From Selaginella moellendorffii (Eukaryota; Plantae; Lycopodiophyta), in assembly GCF_000143415.4 (NCBI RefSeq), contig NW_003314291.1:699270-763269 (forward strand): a stretch of 64,000 nt of DNA. Direction: 5' to 3'. The notes below the pieces were generated by a model. The model had not been told where the DNA came from. It saw nothing but the letters and a program-made list of their open reading frames with translations, and did not search any database. Positions within the stretch are counted from its first letter, which is position 1; each line of letters starts with the position of its first letter. Position numbers and translations under genes: made by a program. Positions 36,753 through 47,754 of this stretch are shown here, one piece after another.

Positions 36753-37997
36753 TCAAAACCGCGGATAGATCGGAACCACGGCCGCTGGCAGTGCCTGATC
36801 CGGCGCCGCGATGATGCACGGCTCCTCGCTATACGCCTGGCGCAAGAATTTCAGGAGCTCATACACCTGCTGCTTAGTCGCGGCGCTGCAATCTACGTGA
36901 AGCAGCAGCAGCAATCGCTCGAACGTATTCGCATCCACCGCCCTCTTGCGCATCAATCCCTCGCTGCTGGAGAACTTACACAAGCTCCAGATGATCGAGA
37001 CTGCGAGCTCGGTGGCGAGGGTCGAGACCCGGAACATCTTCTTGGCCACCGCGAACATCCCCAGCTCGTGGCCCGCGAAGGAATCCCTCCCCTCGGCGCT
37101 CCGGCACAGGAGCTCAAGCACAGACAGTCCGAGTTCCGTACATGACCGGCTGCCCAGCTCGGGTAAGAGCTCAATGACCCGGTGTACGGCACCCAGCGCG
37201 ACGAGCCGGGCCCTGTTCCTCCGGAGCTCCAGGAGCGATCGCATCGCCTCGAGCCCCGCGCGGGGCATCGAATTCCTCCTCCCCTTGCCCGTGGTGGATG
37301 ATTCGCTCGCGAGCATCCCGACGAGCGCGACGAGAAGGGGCTGGCTAGAGCCCAGTTGGAGCTTGAGATCGCAGTCGGCGCTGGCGAGTTTCTCGACGAT
37401 CGAAGCGGCGTTTATCCGGGCCTCCGTGCTGGAGCTGCGAGACAAGAGAATTGCAGTGGATGATCGCGCCAGCCGGGTCAGTGTGTCGTGATCGTCGGCG
37501 TTCTTGGAGGAGGTGGTGGGCATCAAGAACAAGATAGTGCCCAGTGCCTCCTCGACAATCTCGCTGCTGCTGGATGGCGATTCCAGCACCGCCATGACCG
37601 CTGCCATCAAATCCTCTCGCAATTGAGGGCTCATCTTCTGCTGCTGCTTGATCAAGCTCTTCCTCACGCTCCGGAGCTCCTGCGCTAGTCCAATTGACGA
37701 GCTACACAGTCTCCGGATCGTCACTGCTCCTAGAATTTCACAGCCCTCCTCCTCTTGCCGGCCGTCCTTGGTCAGCGAGCTGCGAAACGAGTGGATCAAG
37801 CTCCGGAGTGTGAGATTGGGCACAAGGTCCGTGCTGGGCATACTCTGCATTGTCGCCGGGCACGTCGAATTCCCATCGGCGATCCACTTCTCGATGCTCT
37901 TGCGCTCGTATGTGATCCCCGTGCACAGCGTCACAGGATCTCGCATGAGCTCCAGCGAGATTGGGCACCTAAACAGGGGGGGAATGGTGGTCGCCAT
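36753..37997 (-). CDS. U-box/ARM E3 ubiquitin ligase (CMPG1/PUB20-26-like)
   Basis: IPPLFRCPISLELMRDPVTLCTGITYERKSIEKW...TCPATMQ...LVPNLTLRSLI, followed by an ARM-like region. Intronless. Confidence 0.93.
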   Translation of the reverse strand: MATTIPPLFRCPISLELMRDPVTLCTGITYERKSIEKWIADGNSTCPATMQSMPSTDLVPNLTLRSLIHSFRSSLTKDGRQEEEGCEILGAVTIRRLCSSSIGLAQELRSVRKSLIKQQQKMSPQLREDLMAAVMAVLESPSSSSEIVEEALGTILFLMPTTSSKNADDHDTLTRLARSSTAILLSRSSSTEARINAASIVEKLASADCDLKLQLGSSQPLLVALVGMLASESSTTGKGRRNSMPRAGLEAMRSLLELRRNRARLVALGAVHRVIELLPELGSRSCTELGLSVLELLCRSAEGRDSFAGHELGMFAVAKKMFRVSTLATELAVSIIWSLCKFSSSEGLMRKRAVDANTFERLLLLLHVDCSAATKQQVYELLKFLRQAYSEEPCIIAAPDQALPAAVVPIYPRF

Positions 37998-38754
37998 GCA
38001 AATCGAACTGCTGGGCGGCCCCAAGATCAATCAACTCTTGCAGATCCTGCGACCCAATCCGGCCCCCCAGTCGACTCTAACCTCCGATCGTCCGTTCCAA
38101 TTCCCCTTCCACCGCCCTCTTCGCCTTCCAGTTCTCCACTTCGTGTTCTTGGAGAGTGGACTGTTTGTCCTGCTAGTTGTTGTAACCTACTGTTAAGTAT
38201 TTATACGTGGATGGATGGGCTACACACGTTGCCACACGCAATTGCCCCCTGTGATTTTGCGCTTCGTCAAATCCGCGTCCAAAGTCTCCTTTAGAGGAAC
38301 TTCCGCGGCGTAAACTTAAACACACCGCCATTCCATTCTTCCATTCCATTCCAAACGGGCAAAAGTACCTCCGGGGAGGAAGAAGAGGAATTTGGGGGAA
38401 ACTTTCTTTTCTCGGGATTGTTTGAACGTTTCAATTCTAAACGAACTCGCTGCTGATCACGCATTTAGTACTTGCTCTTGGGGGCTGTTTGCTGTTTTTA
38501 AGTCAAGATTCCTTGGATTTGCAGTGTTTAATGTACACGGCGGTCCCAATCAAAACCCCCCATTGACCCCGCGCTAAGTGGCCGCTGATGCAACACGACG
38601 ACGACCAAAACTCGTCTTTAAAGCAAGCAATAGAGCGGAAAGAAAGAGTAAACTTTGCGGCTGATTGACTGACTTTGCTGGCCAGCAGCAGAAAAAACGG
38701 CCATCTCCCCCACGTTCAAAGCTGAAACATCCTGAACTTCAACGATCACACAGC

Positions 38755-39012
38755 CCATTGTCAACACTGTGAGAAGAGTATTCTAAACCTACTTTTCAAT
38801 AGTAATCCCCTCTCCATTGTCAACACTGTGATCACATCGGTTTTAAAAGTTCTTGTCAACACTGTGATAACATGATTCTAAAACATCTTGTCAACACTGT
38901 GATAAGTTTATATCATCGACTCTAACACTTCTGGTAAGATCATACTAAATCTTAAGAAACTCTGCACTGTGTGACCACATACTAAAACGTCTTGCCATCA
39001 CTCTGGGAGATC
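38755..39012. repeat. Degenerate ~35-bp repeat array (ttgtcaacactgtga core)
   Basis: Core at about 38758, 38817, 38853 and 38888, with degenerate copies out to about 39010. Confidence 0.75.
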
Positions 39013-41249
39013 ATTCAATCAAACTTATTGCCTGGTAAAAGCATCTCTCTCTCTCTCTCTCTGTGTGTGTCTCTCTCTCTGTGCGTGCGATGGTGGAAAA
39101 CTTCACGATCCAGTAACAGTGATAGCTTGAGGTTCAAACTCAGGTGTTCATGCATGGGCCATGACCTCTTTGTTCCAACCTGAAGATGGTGACTAAAGCT
39201 CCGAAGCTCCGCTACATGTAAAAGAGGCTCTATACTATAGCTATATGAGAGCTAAGCTAAGCTTTCCAGCACTGTGTGCGTGTGGGCTCGTTGCCTCTTT
39301 ACATATGGTTTTGCTTTGTACCCGGTCCACTACCGCGGAGGAAAAGGACTGATGGGAAACTTTCCGGAAAGTCAAGCAAGCATAATGTGTGTTGAGTGAT
39401 CGCCGAGGGTTTCCTGTGTCAATCCATGCTACACAAATCAATGCTTGGATTTCTAAATCTTTGTTCTTCCCAGAGGGTTAAGAGTTGTCTCCCTCTCTTT
39501 TGAGCGGATTAAGATGCAACACCCACCGAGGTTCTGTCCTTCGGCCCATTGCTTTCATGTTGGTCCAGCACAAAAACGCCCGTTTCCGCCAATTTCTCCA
39601 GATTTTTCTATCAGCCAATTGTACTCAATCGATTCATGACTCACAAAGTTTCGGTGTTTATGCATGACTTTGTCTCTTTTCTCTTTTGCTGCTCCAGGGT
39701 CTCCATTCAATGCGCGAGATCTCAACAGCGCTGCTGCTTTTCCCTGTTTGCCGCCATATTTGTAGGTAAATCAGTACAAAATCCAGGGACGAAATTGGAA
39801 ATGTTCGATTCATCATCCCACTAAATCTGGTGGTATTGCTTGTGTTGATTTCAGCAGCAGCACGATCGAGCACGAGTTGACCGGCGCGAGTACGAATATC
39901 CTTTTTGACATGATGTATCATTGTACAAGAGAACACTACTCATCATGCTTAGATTAGTGCTTTCTCCTAAGTTTTGTAGGCATGTCCTCCTCATTCATGA
40001 ATTATCCACTGAGAGGGTGATGCTGATCAGTGATGATCATCCATTCCACAAAAGCAAAGAACAGGTACTTAATCCCAAAACAAAGCAACTTGCAATGATA
40101 ATCAAAGAAGTTCAGTCCCACTCATACACACATAGCTGATTTGTCCAGCCACCAGGCATATCCTGTCACCAATTTCTTCCAGCTTTCAACTAGTGAATTG
40201 CTCCAATTCAAGCTCTCTCTGCACACTTTGAAATTGACACATCTATTCCAAGCTGAGTTGGCCACTCCCAAAAGTCTCCCCCACTTCTTTTTACAACACT
40301 ATAAGACCAGCACAAAAACCTGCTTGTGCTGCCTTTTGCCCTCCTGAAACATTTCAAACTAGAGGGAATATGCCAGGTCTAGAATGAATGTGGTTGGGTG
40401 GCTGGCTGGCCAACTTAGCAGAGAGCAAAAACTCAATGAATGCCTCCAACAGGAATAGAATAATCATAATGCTCATGGGTGGTTGGTCAGTCAGCCCTAA
40501 CTATTTTGCCTCCCCTTTCTTTATTTTCCTTTTTCTTTTCTTGGAAAAAGGTGGTATATGACAGGCATGAAAGGCACCACCAGTCAGACAGCAGCACTGC
40601 AGGCCAGCACCTCACATTTTCTTGGACCAGTACAAAATGGGGGTTGTCAAATGGACATCATCAATTCTTATTCTACATAAAGTCAACACCACCTCCCAAC
40701 ACACCATTCTCAACATGTATATTTTTTTTTCCTGTGTTGTATGTATACTGTACCACTTCTCCATGATGTTATTCAATCCCCCACCAGCTGCCTGGCTGGA
40801 AATTTCCTGTACTGTACAGCCCCCACAAGAACACAATTGACTTGGGGCAGGGAAGTTGACAAAAAGCCAAGAACCCTAAAAATCCCCACCACAACCAAAC
40901 AAAACACACTTGCTTGCTTGTGAATGATTGATTGATTGATTCATACGTTCTCAAAGGGCACCGCCAGCCCACTGAAAAATCTTGTTCACCATCCTCTTTT
41001 TATACAAAGGAGAAAAAGAAAGCACAGGAATCCCATCCAGAAAACCTGCTCCATCACCAAAATTTTTTGAAGCTCCTTGCAATCACAAACAATGTGATCC
41101 CCCCACCTATGTACACAGCTCCAGCCACAATCGACCTTCCTCTTGTGTTCTTCGAGCCCATGAAGATCAAAAGTAAAAAACCACGGCCCCCCAAAACTTT
41201 GATCTTCGCAAACTCCTGCAATCGAATCGAGCAAAAGAGAGGAAGAAGA

Positions 41250-42554
41250 TCACGCGGCAGCTGTGAGGAGGCAAGTGTTGTCTTCCTTGTTCCTGTTCTT
41301 GCCGCTATCACCGCCAGCGCCATCGTTGTTGCTGCCACTCCCATCGATGCATTCCCTGTAAGCCCTGTGAAGAAGCTTGAGCAGATCCCCGGCCTTGTGC
41401 TTGGTCCTTGGATTACACCCTATCTGGAGGAAGAAGAAGAGCTTGGGGAACAAACCCACCTCCACCATCCTCCTCTTGACGATCTCATCCGGGCAATACT
41501 TGCAAACCGCCCACAGCACATCGATCGCGTACTCGGTCGCCATATCCGACACCTTGAACAGCTTCCGCGCCACCGCCGGGACCGCCAGCGCGTGCCGCGC
41601 CACCGCCGCACGCCCCTCGGCGCAGCCACACAGGCATTCCAGCGCCGCCAGGATCGCCTCGGTGGTCACCTTGTCCGCCTCCACGAGAAGCTCCGCCAGC
41701 GGCGCCACCACGCCCGTCTCCACCAGCCGGACCCTGTTCTTGAGCGGCGGGCACACCGCCAGCACCGCGCGGAGGCTCCCCCGGATCGCTGGGCGGTGGC
41801 GCCGCTGGGAGTGATCTTCACCCACCAGGCGCACCAATCCCTCGAAGATCCCCGCGGTGGCGCCGACCGCGCCGCGCGCCTCCTTGTCCGCGCAGCACAG
41901 CTCCTCGATCAGCGCCGCCGCCGAGACCCGCGTGTGGAGATCGCCCCTCTGGAGGAGCCGGGCGATGGCGGCGAGATTGCGCGGGGAGAGTAGCTCCTTG
42001 CGAGAGGGCTCGTCGAGATTCGCGATGAGCGGCGGGAGGAGGGAGAGGATCTGGGCTTGCGAGTCTTCCTCGTCTTGCTCTTGGCCTTGATCCTCCGAGA
42101 AGGACGATACCAGCACTGGCGCTAGCCCCGCCCGGATCAAGAGCTTCTTGCTCCTCTCCTCCTGGCTCCTCGCGATCAATCGCTTCACCGCCTCGGGGCG
42201 CGAGCGGGGGATTCGCAGCTGGGCGACGAGCACTTGCGCCTCGCGGAGATCCATGGGCTGCTCGCGATCGCCCCGTGCGCCACTCTGGAATCGATTCGCG
42301 GCGCACCAGCCGTGGATGATCCTCTGGAGCGTGTGATTGGGGATGAGCTCGTGGGAGTGGAGCTCCTGCATCGTCACGGGGCACGTCCGGCGGCCCTCCT
42401 GGAACCACTTCTCGATGCTGGAGCGATCGTAGGTGATGCCCGTGCACACGCTCACGGGATCGGCCATGAGGCACAGCGAGATCGGGCACTTGAAGTGCGA
42501 TGGAACCTCGGGGTGATGCTTGCGCAGCGTTTCCTCCTGCTCGTCGAGACCCAT
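41250..42554 (-). CDS. U-box/ARM E3 ubiquitin ligase (CMPG1/PUB20-26-like), paralog of 36753-37997
   Basis: VPSHFKCPISLCLMADPVSVCTGITYDRSSIEKW...TCPVTMQ...LIPNHTLQRII. Intronless. Likely start MGLDEQ at 42554. Confidence 0.93.
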   Translation of the reverse strand: MGLDEQEETLRKHHPEVPSHFKCPISLCLMADPVSVCTGITYDRSSIEKWFQEGRRTCPVTMQELHSHELIPNHTLQRIIHGWCAANRFQSGARGDREQPMDLREAQVLVAQLRIPRSRPEAVKRLIARSQEERSKKLLIRAGLAPVLVSSFSEDQGQEQDEEDSQAQILSLLPPLIANLDEPSRKELLSPRNLAAIARLLQRGDLHTRVSAAALIEELCCADKEARGAVGATAGIFEGLVRLVGEDHSQRRHRPAIRGSLRAVLAVCPPLKNRVRLVETGVVAPLAELLVEADKVTTEAILAALECLCGCAEGRAAVARHALAVPAVARKLFKVSDMATEYAIDVLWAVCKYCPDEIVKRRMVEVGLFPKLFFFLQIGCNPRTKHKAGDLLKLLHRAYRECIDGSGSNNDGAGGDSGKNRNKEDNTCLLTAAA

Positions 42555-44007
42555 TTCGCGGACGGTGATTTGGGGGCGACCCACTTTCCGATCATCAAGA
42601 ACGAGCACCGCCCACGCCCGCGATCGATCCAAATCCCCCCTTTTGCCGAGCGTGGCGATGGTCGATGGCCCCAAATCCAAACCCGAGTCGCAAACGCTCG
42701 GAGATCTTTGCCTGCATTTAACGATCCTGGGCTGGGCTTCTTGCCAGGAATCCCCAAGATCACACACACGCGGTAGGAGTGGAGTAGCGCAAAAGATCGC
42801 TGCTCGCGCTCGTGGAAGGAAGGAGAAGAGTGGAAGAACCCTAAGGGAAAAGCCTGTGGAAAAAAGGGGTGGAAATAAAAACGAGCTTTTTTACCGAGGG
42901 TGGTAAATTTTGGTGCGGTGCCGGTGGTGCCTGCCACCGCACAGCACTGACTTTTGCCATGAATGCCTCCTCCCCGCTTTTAGCGGGTCAATGCCGCGTT
43001 TAATCGCGGGTTTTTCCCCCGGGTTTAAAGCGAAGTCAACTATGCTTAAACCGGGTCGAGATTTGACCTGGTACCAAAGTCTCCGCGAATGGATCGATTC
43101 CATTCCATCCATGGCCATCGATTGATCCAAATCTTTTTAGGGCGCTCTTTGTTTGGTTCTTTGCTCGCCTCGTGTCGTTAGATTTTTCCACTATTTTGGA
43201 GAGTGGAGCGGTGGTCAGTCAATTGGATTGTATGAAAATGAAACCTTGGAACGATTCACGAGACTTTGAACCAAAGAAAGAATGGAATATGAAAGTATAG
43301 AGTATCGTTTATCTATACTACCTACATGATGGATTTGTTTAGAATTAAAACCATGGGGGAGGGGTGCTTTACGACGACTTTGCTCCCAAGCAAATGCCGG
43401 AAAGCCTGTTGTTGTGCGATTTGTTTGATGGTTTCCACAGCTTGGGTTCGAAGCACCTTGCTCGAGACACAGCAAACAGACAGACAGACAAAAACAATGG
43501 CAGGGCCAAGAGCTCGTCGAGCAAGCAAGCAAAATGCCCGCAAACCATATTATCCTCGTGAGTGGAAATTCTAAAGCCAAAAAATCAATCCATTCCAGGA
43601 GAGCTTTGTCCCTTGGTGATCAGATGGTTGTCCAGGAAACAGTAAGATTTTAAGATATCAAAGGTCGGTTTTTCCCTTGCTTTTGCGTACGGACTTTTCC
43701 GATTTCTTCTATTCCCCCCGGGCCGTACGGGCCAAAGCTGTGCACTCATTCACGGAATCAATGAAAGCTAAACAATGCCAAACCAAGGACGGGGACTTGA
43801 TCTTGCGCATTGTTTGCTTGCTTCCCAAAGACATGTTGACATTGTCATCCTTCTCACGGACAGACAAAACCATAGAAAAATCATTCTTTTCAATAGGTGG
43901 TACCTCAAGCAAAGTATAGAGTGACTGATTAGAGAAAAACCAAGCTTCCAGAATCTGTGCTAATTTACAAAGGTGATTCACAAGAATTATTGTGGCTGCT
44001 CCAAGAA

Positions 44008-45315
44008 TCAAAGGGTGAATGGCATGTTGATATCGAAGAGATTCGCGGATGTAAGTTGTGGCTCCTGTATCCAGAGTTATAGATCGTAGGCTATACGAGT
44101 TTCTAGAAAAGAGATACGAACCTGCGTTAATCCACCAGCGACGCTTCCACCGGTTAAAAGCATTCCTATAAGAGTTGTCACACCGCCCCCGCCGATCCCT
44201 CCCGAGGAGGTATTCGCGTTCCGGATAGCCTGACGCATCCCATTCAAGACACTTCCATAAGTTTTATGCCCGTGCTCAATGGCCTGGATAAAGCAATAAG
44301 TCATAGCTCCAGTCGAAGTAACTTTCGACAAAGCCTGCAAGTAGAACAAGATTTAGCTGCGAGCCTACGAAACTTTGCGACAGAACATACAGAAGTATCG
44401 GCCGAAGTTTGCCCGTCGTCACAGCCACTGAATGAGTACGCGTCGCCGCCGCTGGTACCTTTCCAAGCCCCGGATCGAGGCCGATGATCTTCCCAAGCAA
44501 ACTGGCCATAGCTGCAAGAAACGAGAAGAAAAAAGAGGCCTTTTGAGAGACTTTTGCGTAAATCCCAAGTGAGGCATACCTGTTAAACTTGCAGAGGAAG
44601 GGAAGATCCAGCGCAGTCCCGCTGTGGCAAGCATCGATAATGCAGTGGAGCTTCACTCCACGAGGCAAAGGCCTGACCAAAGTCGCGTTGAGCTCGTTGT
44701 CCACGAGCATTCCTTGCGTCTCAAAGTCCACGGGACAAAGCGTCTCGTCATATCCGTCAACCTCTTCGCCCGTGTAGTCCCGCTGCTGCGATCCATGGCC
44801 CGAGTAGTGAAAGACGAGAGAATCTCCCGACTTGCATCCCTGGACGAGCCAAAACATCGCCATCCTCATGTTTTGCTTCGTGGGAAGTCGTAGAGGGTCT
44901 CTCTCTTCCTCTGGATCATCACGAAAAAACCAGCTTTCAGAAAATACAAAAGAGTCGAATCAAAGTTACCTGTGAGCATAAGGATCGAAGACTCCGGGAA
45001 CTGGAACTTGTTCATGAGCAAGAACTTCATACACTTGGCGTCATTGATGCAACCTTTGAGCTGGTAACGCGAGTACTTGTAGCTGATCCCGACGATGAGC
45101 GCTCGCTTGGATCCATGAGCGCTGGGAACACTCGGGGAGTACTGGAGGGGATTGGCAGGAGGAGCTCCATTCGAGTATGGCGATGGTGGGACGTTGCGAG
45201 GCTCGGCGATGTGAGTGACGGCATGGCAAAGCGCACAGCGAATGGCCTTCGCTCCAGCCGGGAGTTGCAAAGGCGTGCGGCAATTGCTACAATTGACGAG
45301 CATGTAGGACGCCAT
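44008..45315 (-). CDS. Type I metacaspase (AtMC1-like, LSD1-type zinc-finger prodomain)
   Basis: Prodomain CSNCRTPLQLPAGAKAIRCALC with a Pro-rich linker; LKGCINDAKCM; catalytic HYSGHG and DACHSG; last exon EPQLTSANLFDINMPFTL then stop. Confidence 0.95.
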
Positions 45316-45702
45316 CCAGCAAAAAATTCCTCCAAAAACACGATCGAGGAGCTAGAATAGAACCAAAGAAAAATCCTCGAAGAGCTAGAACCAAGACCCA
45401 AATTCACTGCTGCCCTGGAAGCGTTTCTCAACGATCTAAGTGACCCCTAAAGAACCCCAAATTCTCTCTGCCGCGATCGCACTGCCTCTAGGCTTACCTC
45501 GCCTTGATCCATCGCATCGCTCCCCACAACGAGCGCCACATAGGAGGACCTCTAAAGATCGCCTAGGGGTATCTCCCGACGCGCACAAATGGAAGGATCC
45601 ACGAATCTAAGCGCCTAGCTACACGAGAAACACCGTCCGATCTGACGCCCCGAATATTCCCAAAATATGAGAATCACCCAGATCCATGACCTAGATTCCC
45701 AC

Positions 45703-45985
45703 AGAAAGGTATATTATCAGGAATAATCTCTTCTGTACAAAAGGTATATTATTAGGAATAATCACGGTATGTTCATTTTTAGGGCTTTTCTTTTATTAGC
45801 GAAAAGTTACTATTGGTAACGTTTGACTGTGCGGCACATGTTTCCCAGGGAGTGGCCACAAACAGTCACGAGACCGGTCAAAGATTTTGGCCGGTCAATC
45901 CGGGCCGCGTCAAATCAAAACACTTAAAGCACGCGCCTGTAAGCTTCTCTCCATGCTTGCTCTGCGGCGGCGACGCTATAAAAAC
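45703..45985. promoter_or_regulatory. Divergent metacaspase/peptide promoter with a 24-bp direct repeat, W-boxes, a CGCG box and TATA
   Basis: aaaggtatattatYaggaataatc twice (about 45704 and 45739). TTGACT about 45823; GGTCAA about 45876 and 45893; acgcgc about 45931; ctataaaaa about 45977. Confidence 0.5.
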
Positions 45986-46110
45986 GAAAAATCTCAACGA
46001 TGCTGGAGCACTGCGAGACCCAATCAGTTAGAAGAGCGCCCGAGAAAGAGAATTCTATCCATTCCTTGATTCGATCGATCGATTTGGTGGTCAGAAGATA
46101 GAAGCTTTGG

Positions 46111-46689
46111 ATGAAAATGGCGCCAGGATCGATTGCCGGCTTGCTGCTCTTGATGGCGCTGGCTCTGCCCATGCCTGGGATGGAATGCTCGCGGTTGGAG
46201 CCTCGGAAGAACATCGAGGAGCGATCGCCATCGGGTCTTGAGCTCCGGAGCAAATTCGTAGCGCCCTCCGGCCCCAATCCGGGGGGGAATGCCGCGATCC
46301 TGGGAGGCAAGAAGGAGGTCTCTCGATCGACGCTCATTGGGGCCAAATTCGATGCTCCATCAGGCCCCAATCCAGGGGGGAATCGCTTCGTTCAAGGCGC
46401 CAAGCTCGAGATCGAGCTGGGCAGCAAGATGCCCAAGGGAAACTTCACCCCCAATCCAGGACCCAGCAAGGATCACAATGCGCAGACGATGGGCTCGTCG
46501 TCCAGAGTGGCGATTAGCAGCAAATTGCCCAAAGGCAGCACGCCGGGCTCGAGCCCCAGCCCGGGACACAACTCGGTGTCTAGAATGCTCAAAGTTCCAT
46601 CGCCGCCATCCTCCAAGATCGCCTGCACCGACGGCCTAGATTCCAGCTCCAGCTTGCTTGCAACGGCCCAGATCTTCTCCCATAATTAA
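46111..46689 (+). CDS. Multi-motif secreted peptide precursor (2 CLE-like plus 2 IDA-like motifs)
   Basis: Signal peptide, then SKFVAPSGPNPGGN (aa47-60), AKFDAPSGPNPGGN (aa78-91), SKMPKGNFTPNPGPSKDHN (aa105-123) and SKLPKGSTPGSSPSPGHN (aa137-154). Confidence 0.82.
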   Translation: MKMAPGSIAGLLLLMALALPMPGMECSRLEPRKNIEERSPSGLELRSKFVAPSGPNPGGNAAILGGKKEVSRSTLIGAKFDAPSGPNPGGNRFVQGAKLEIELGSKMPKGNFTPNPGPSKDHNAQTMGSSSRVAISSKLPKGSTPGSSPSPGHNSVSRMLKVPSPPSSKIACTDGLDSSSSLLATAQIFSHN

Positions 46690-47754
46690 AGGGGAAAAGG
46701 AGATCCAAAACAACATTTTTTGTAGGAGTATGATGATCTTGAAAACGTATGTACATTTCAGTAAATACGAAAAAGTGCATATATGTATAATTCTCAGAGT
46801 TAATTTCGAGATCTAGCTGGTAGAGCTGAGTTCTTGAGATTGTTCTTACTTCTCTGGCTCTAGATTCATCGAAGCTTTAGAAATCTCTCCACAAAGACGT
46901 GATGAAATCAACGCTCTTGGGAAAATTTGCAAGAACATTGTGAATGGATTTTCAACGAGAAGCAGACTCTCGCAAAAACTGTAGTTTGTTCATTGCGAGT
47001 TTCGTTTTGTCTGAGAGATTCTAATGTCAAGAGCTTGCAGTAGAAACCAAGGACAAGGATCATGCTCCTGCAAAAATGGTTCTTTATCAGTGATGCGCAG
47101 GCAAAACGCAAGATCATATAACTTTTTCGCTAACCAAAGGAAGAACAAAGTAATAGCGAAGGATCCAGTCGCGGGGACTACGAGAATACAAAGTCTATAC
47201 GTTTTTGCGGTTTTAAACGCTTACGAAAGCGAAGTTTCCACCACAGGGACACGACACCAAGATCGTGTCAAGGAATCGATGGAAAACTGGGAAGAAAGTG
47301 AACTTCCTAGAACTGATCGATTGTTTAGTTTCTTGTCTACACCCAGATTGGAACGACTGATAACTGGAAGTCATGGAGTGGCTCCACGAGAGAAAAGTAT
47401 AAAGAAGAAAGAACGCGCCAATTTCTCGTTGCTTGATTCAAGTACTACGGTAGGTTTGTGTAGTTTTTCTTCGTTTCACGATTAGTATATTGGGAGATCG
47501 AGGCGCAGACAAACTTGAAGTTGTAGATTGATTCGAAAGACACAGGAAATCCCGAGCAGGACGTAGAAAAGATGGAAGCATCGAAGAAGAGCTCGAGTGG
47601 GATGAGAAATACGAACGCAAGAACAAAGGGGGAACATGGTTGAAAGCATTTGGACAAACTTCGAGGAAATCAAACCGAAGGTTTTATTTCTTCGCCGAGG
47701 ATATGATACAATCTTAATAAAATGAATCAATATATGTATAAGAAATGATATTGA

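Noticed and set aside
38755-39012. Regularly spaced repeats superficially like a CRISPR array
   Set aside because: Eukaryotic context, degenerate repeats, mutually similar spacers and no cas genes.
40622-40840. 72-aa ORF ending ...QPPQEHN, like a peptide-hormone C-terminus
   Set aside because: No N-terminal signal peptide, TTG start, and no PSGP or LPK motif; probably chance.
40932-41993. 353-aa plus-strand ORF, and similar long antisense ORFs over the PUB, LRR, MAPK and NAC genes
   Set aside because: Shadow ORFs of GC-rich coding sequence on the opposite strand, with no recognisable motifs.
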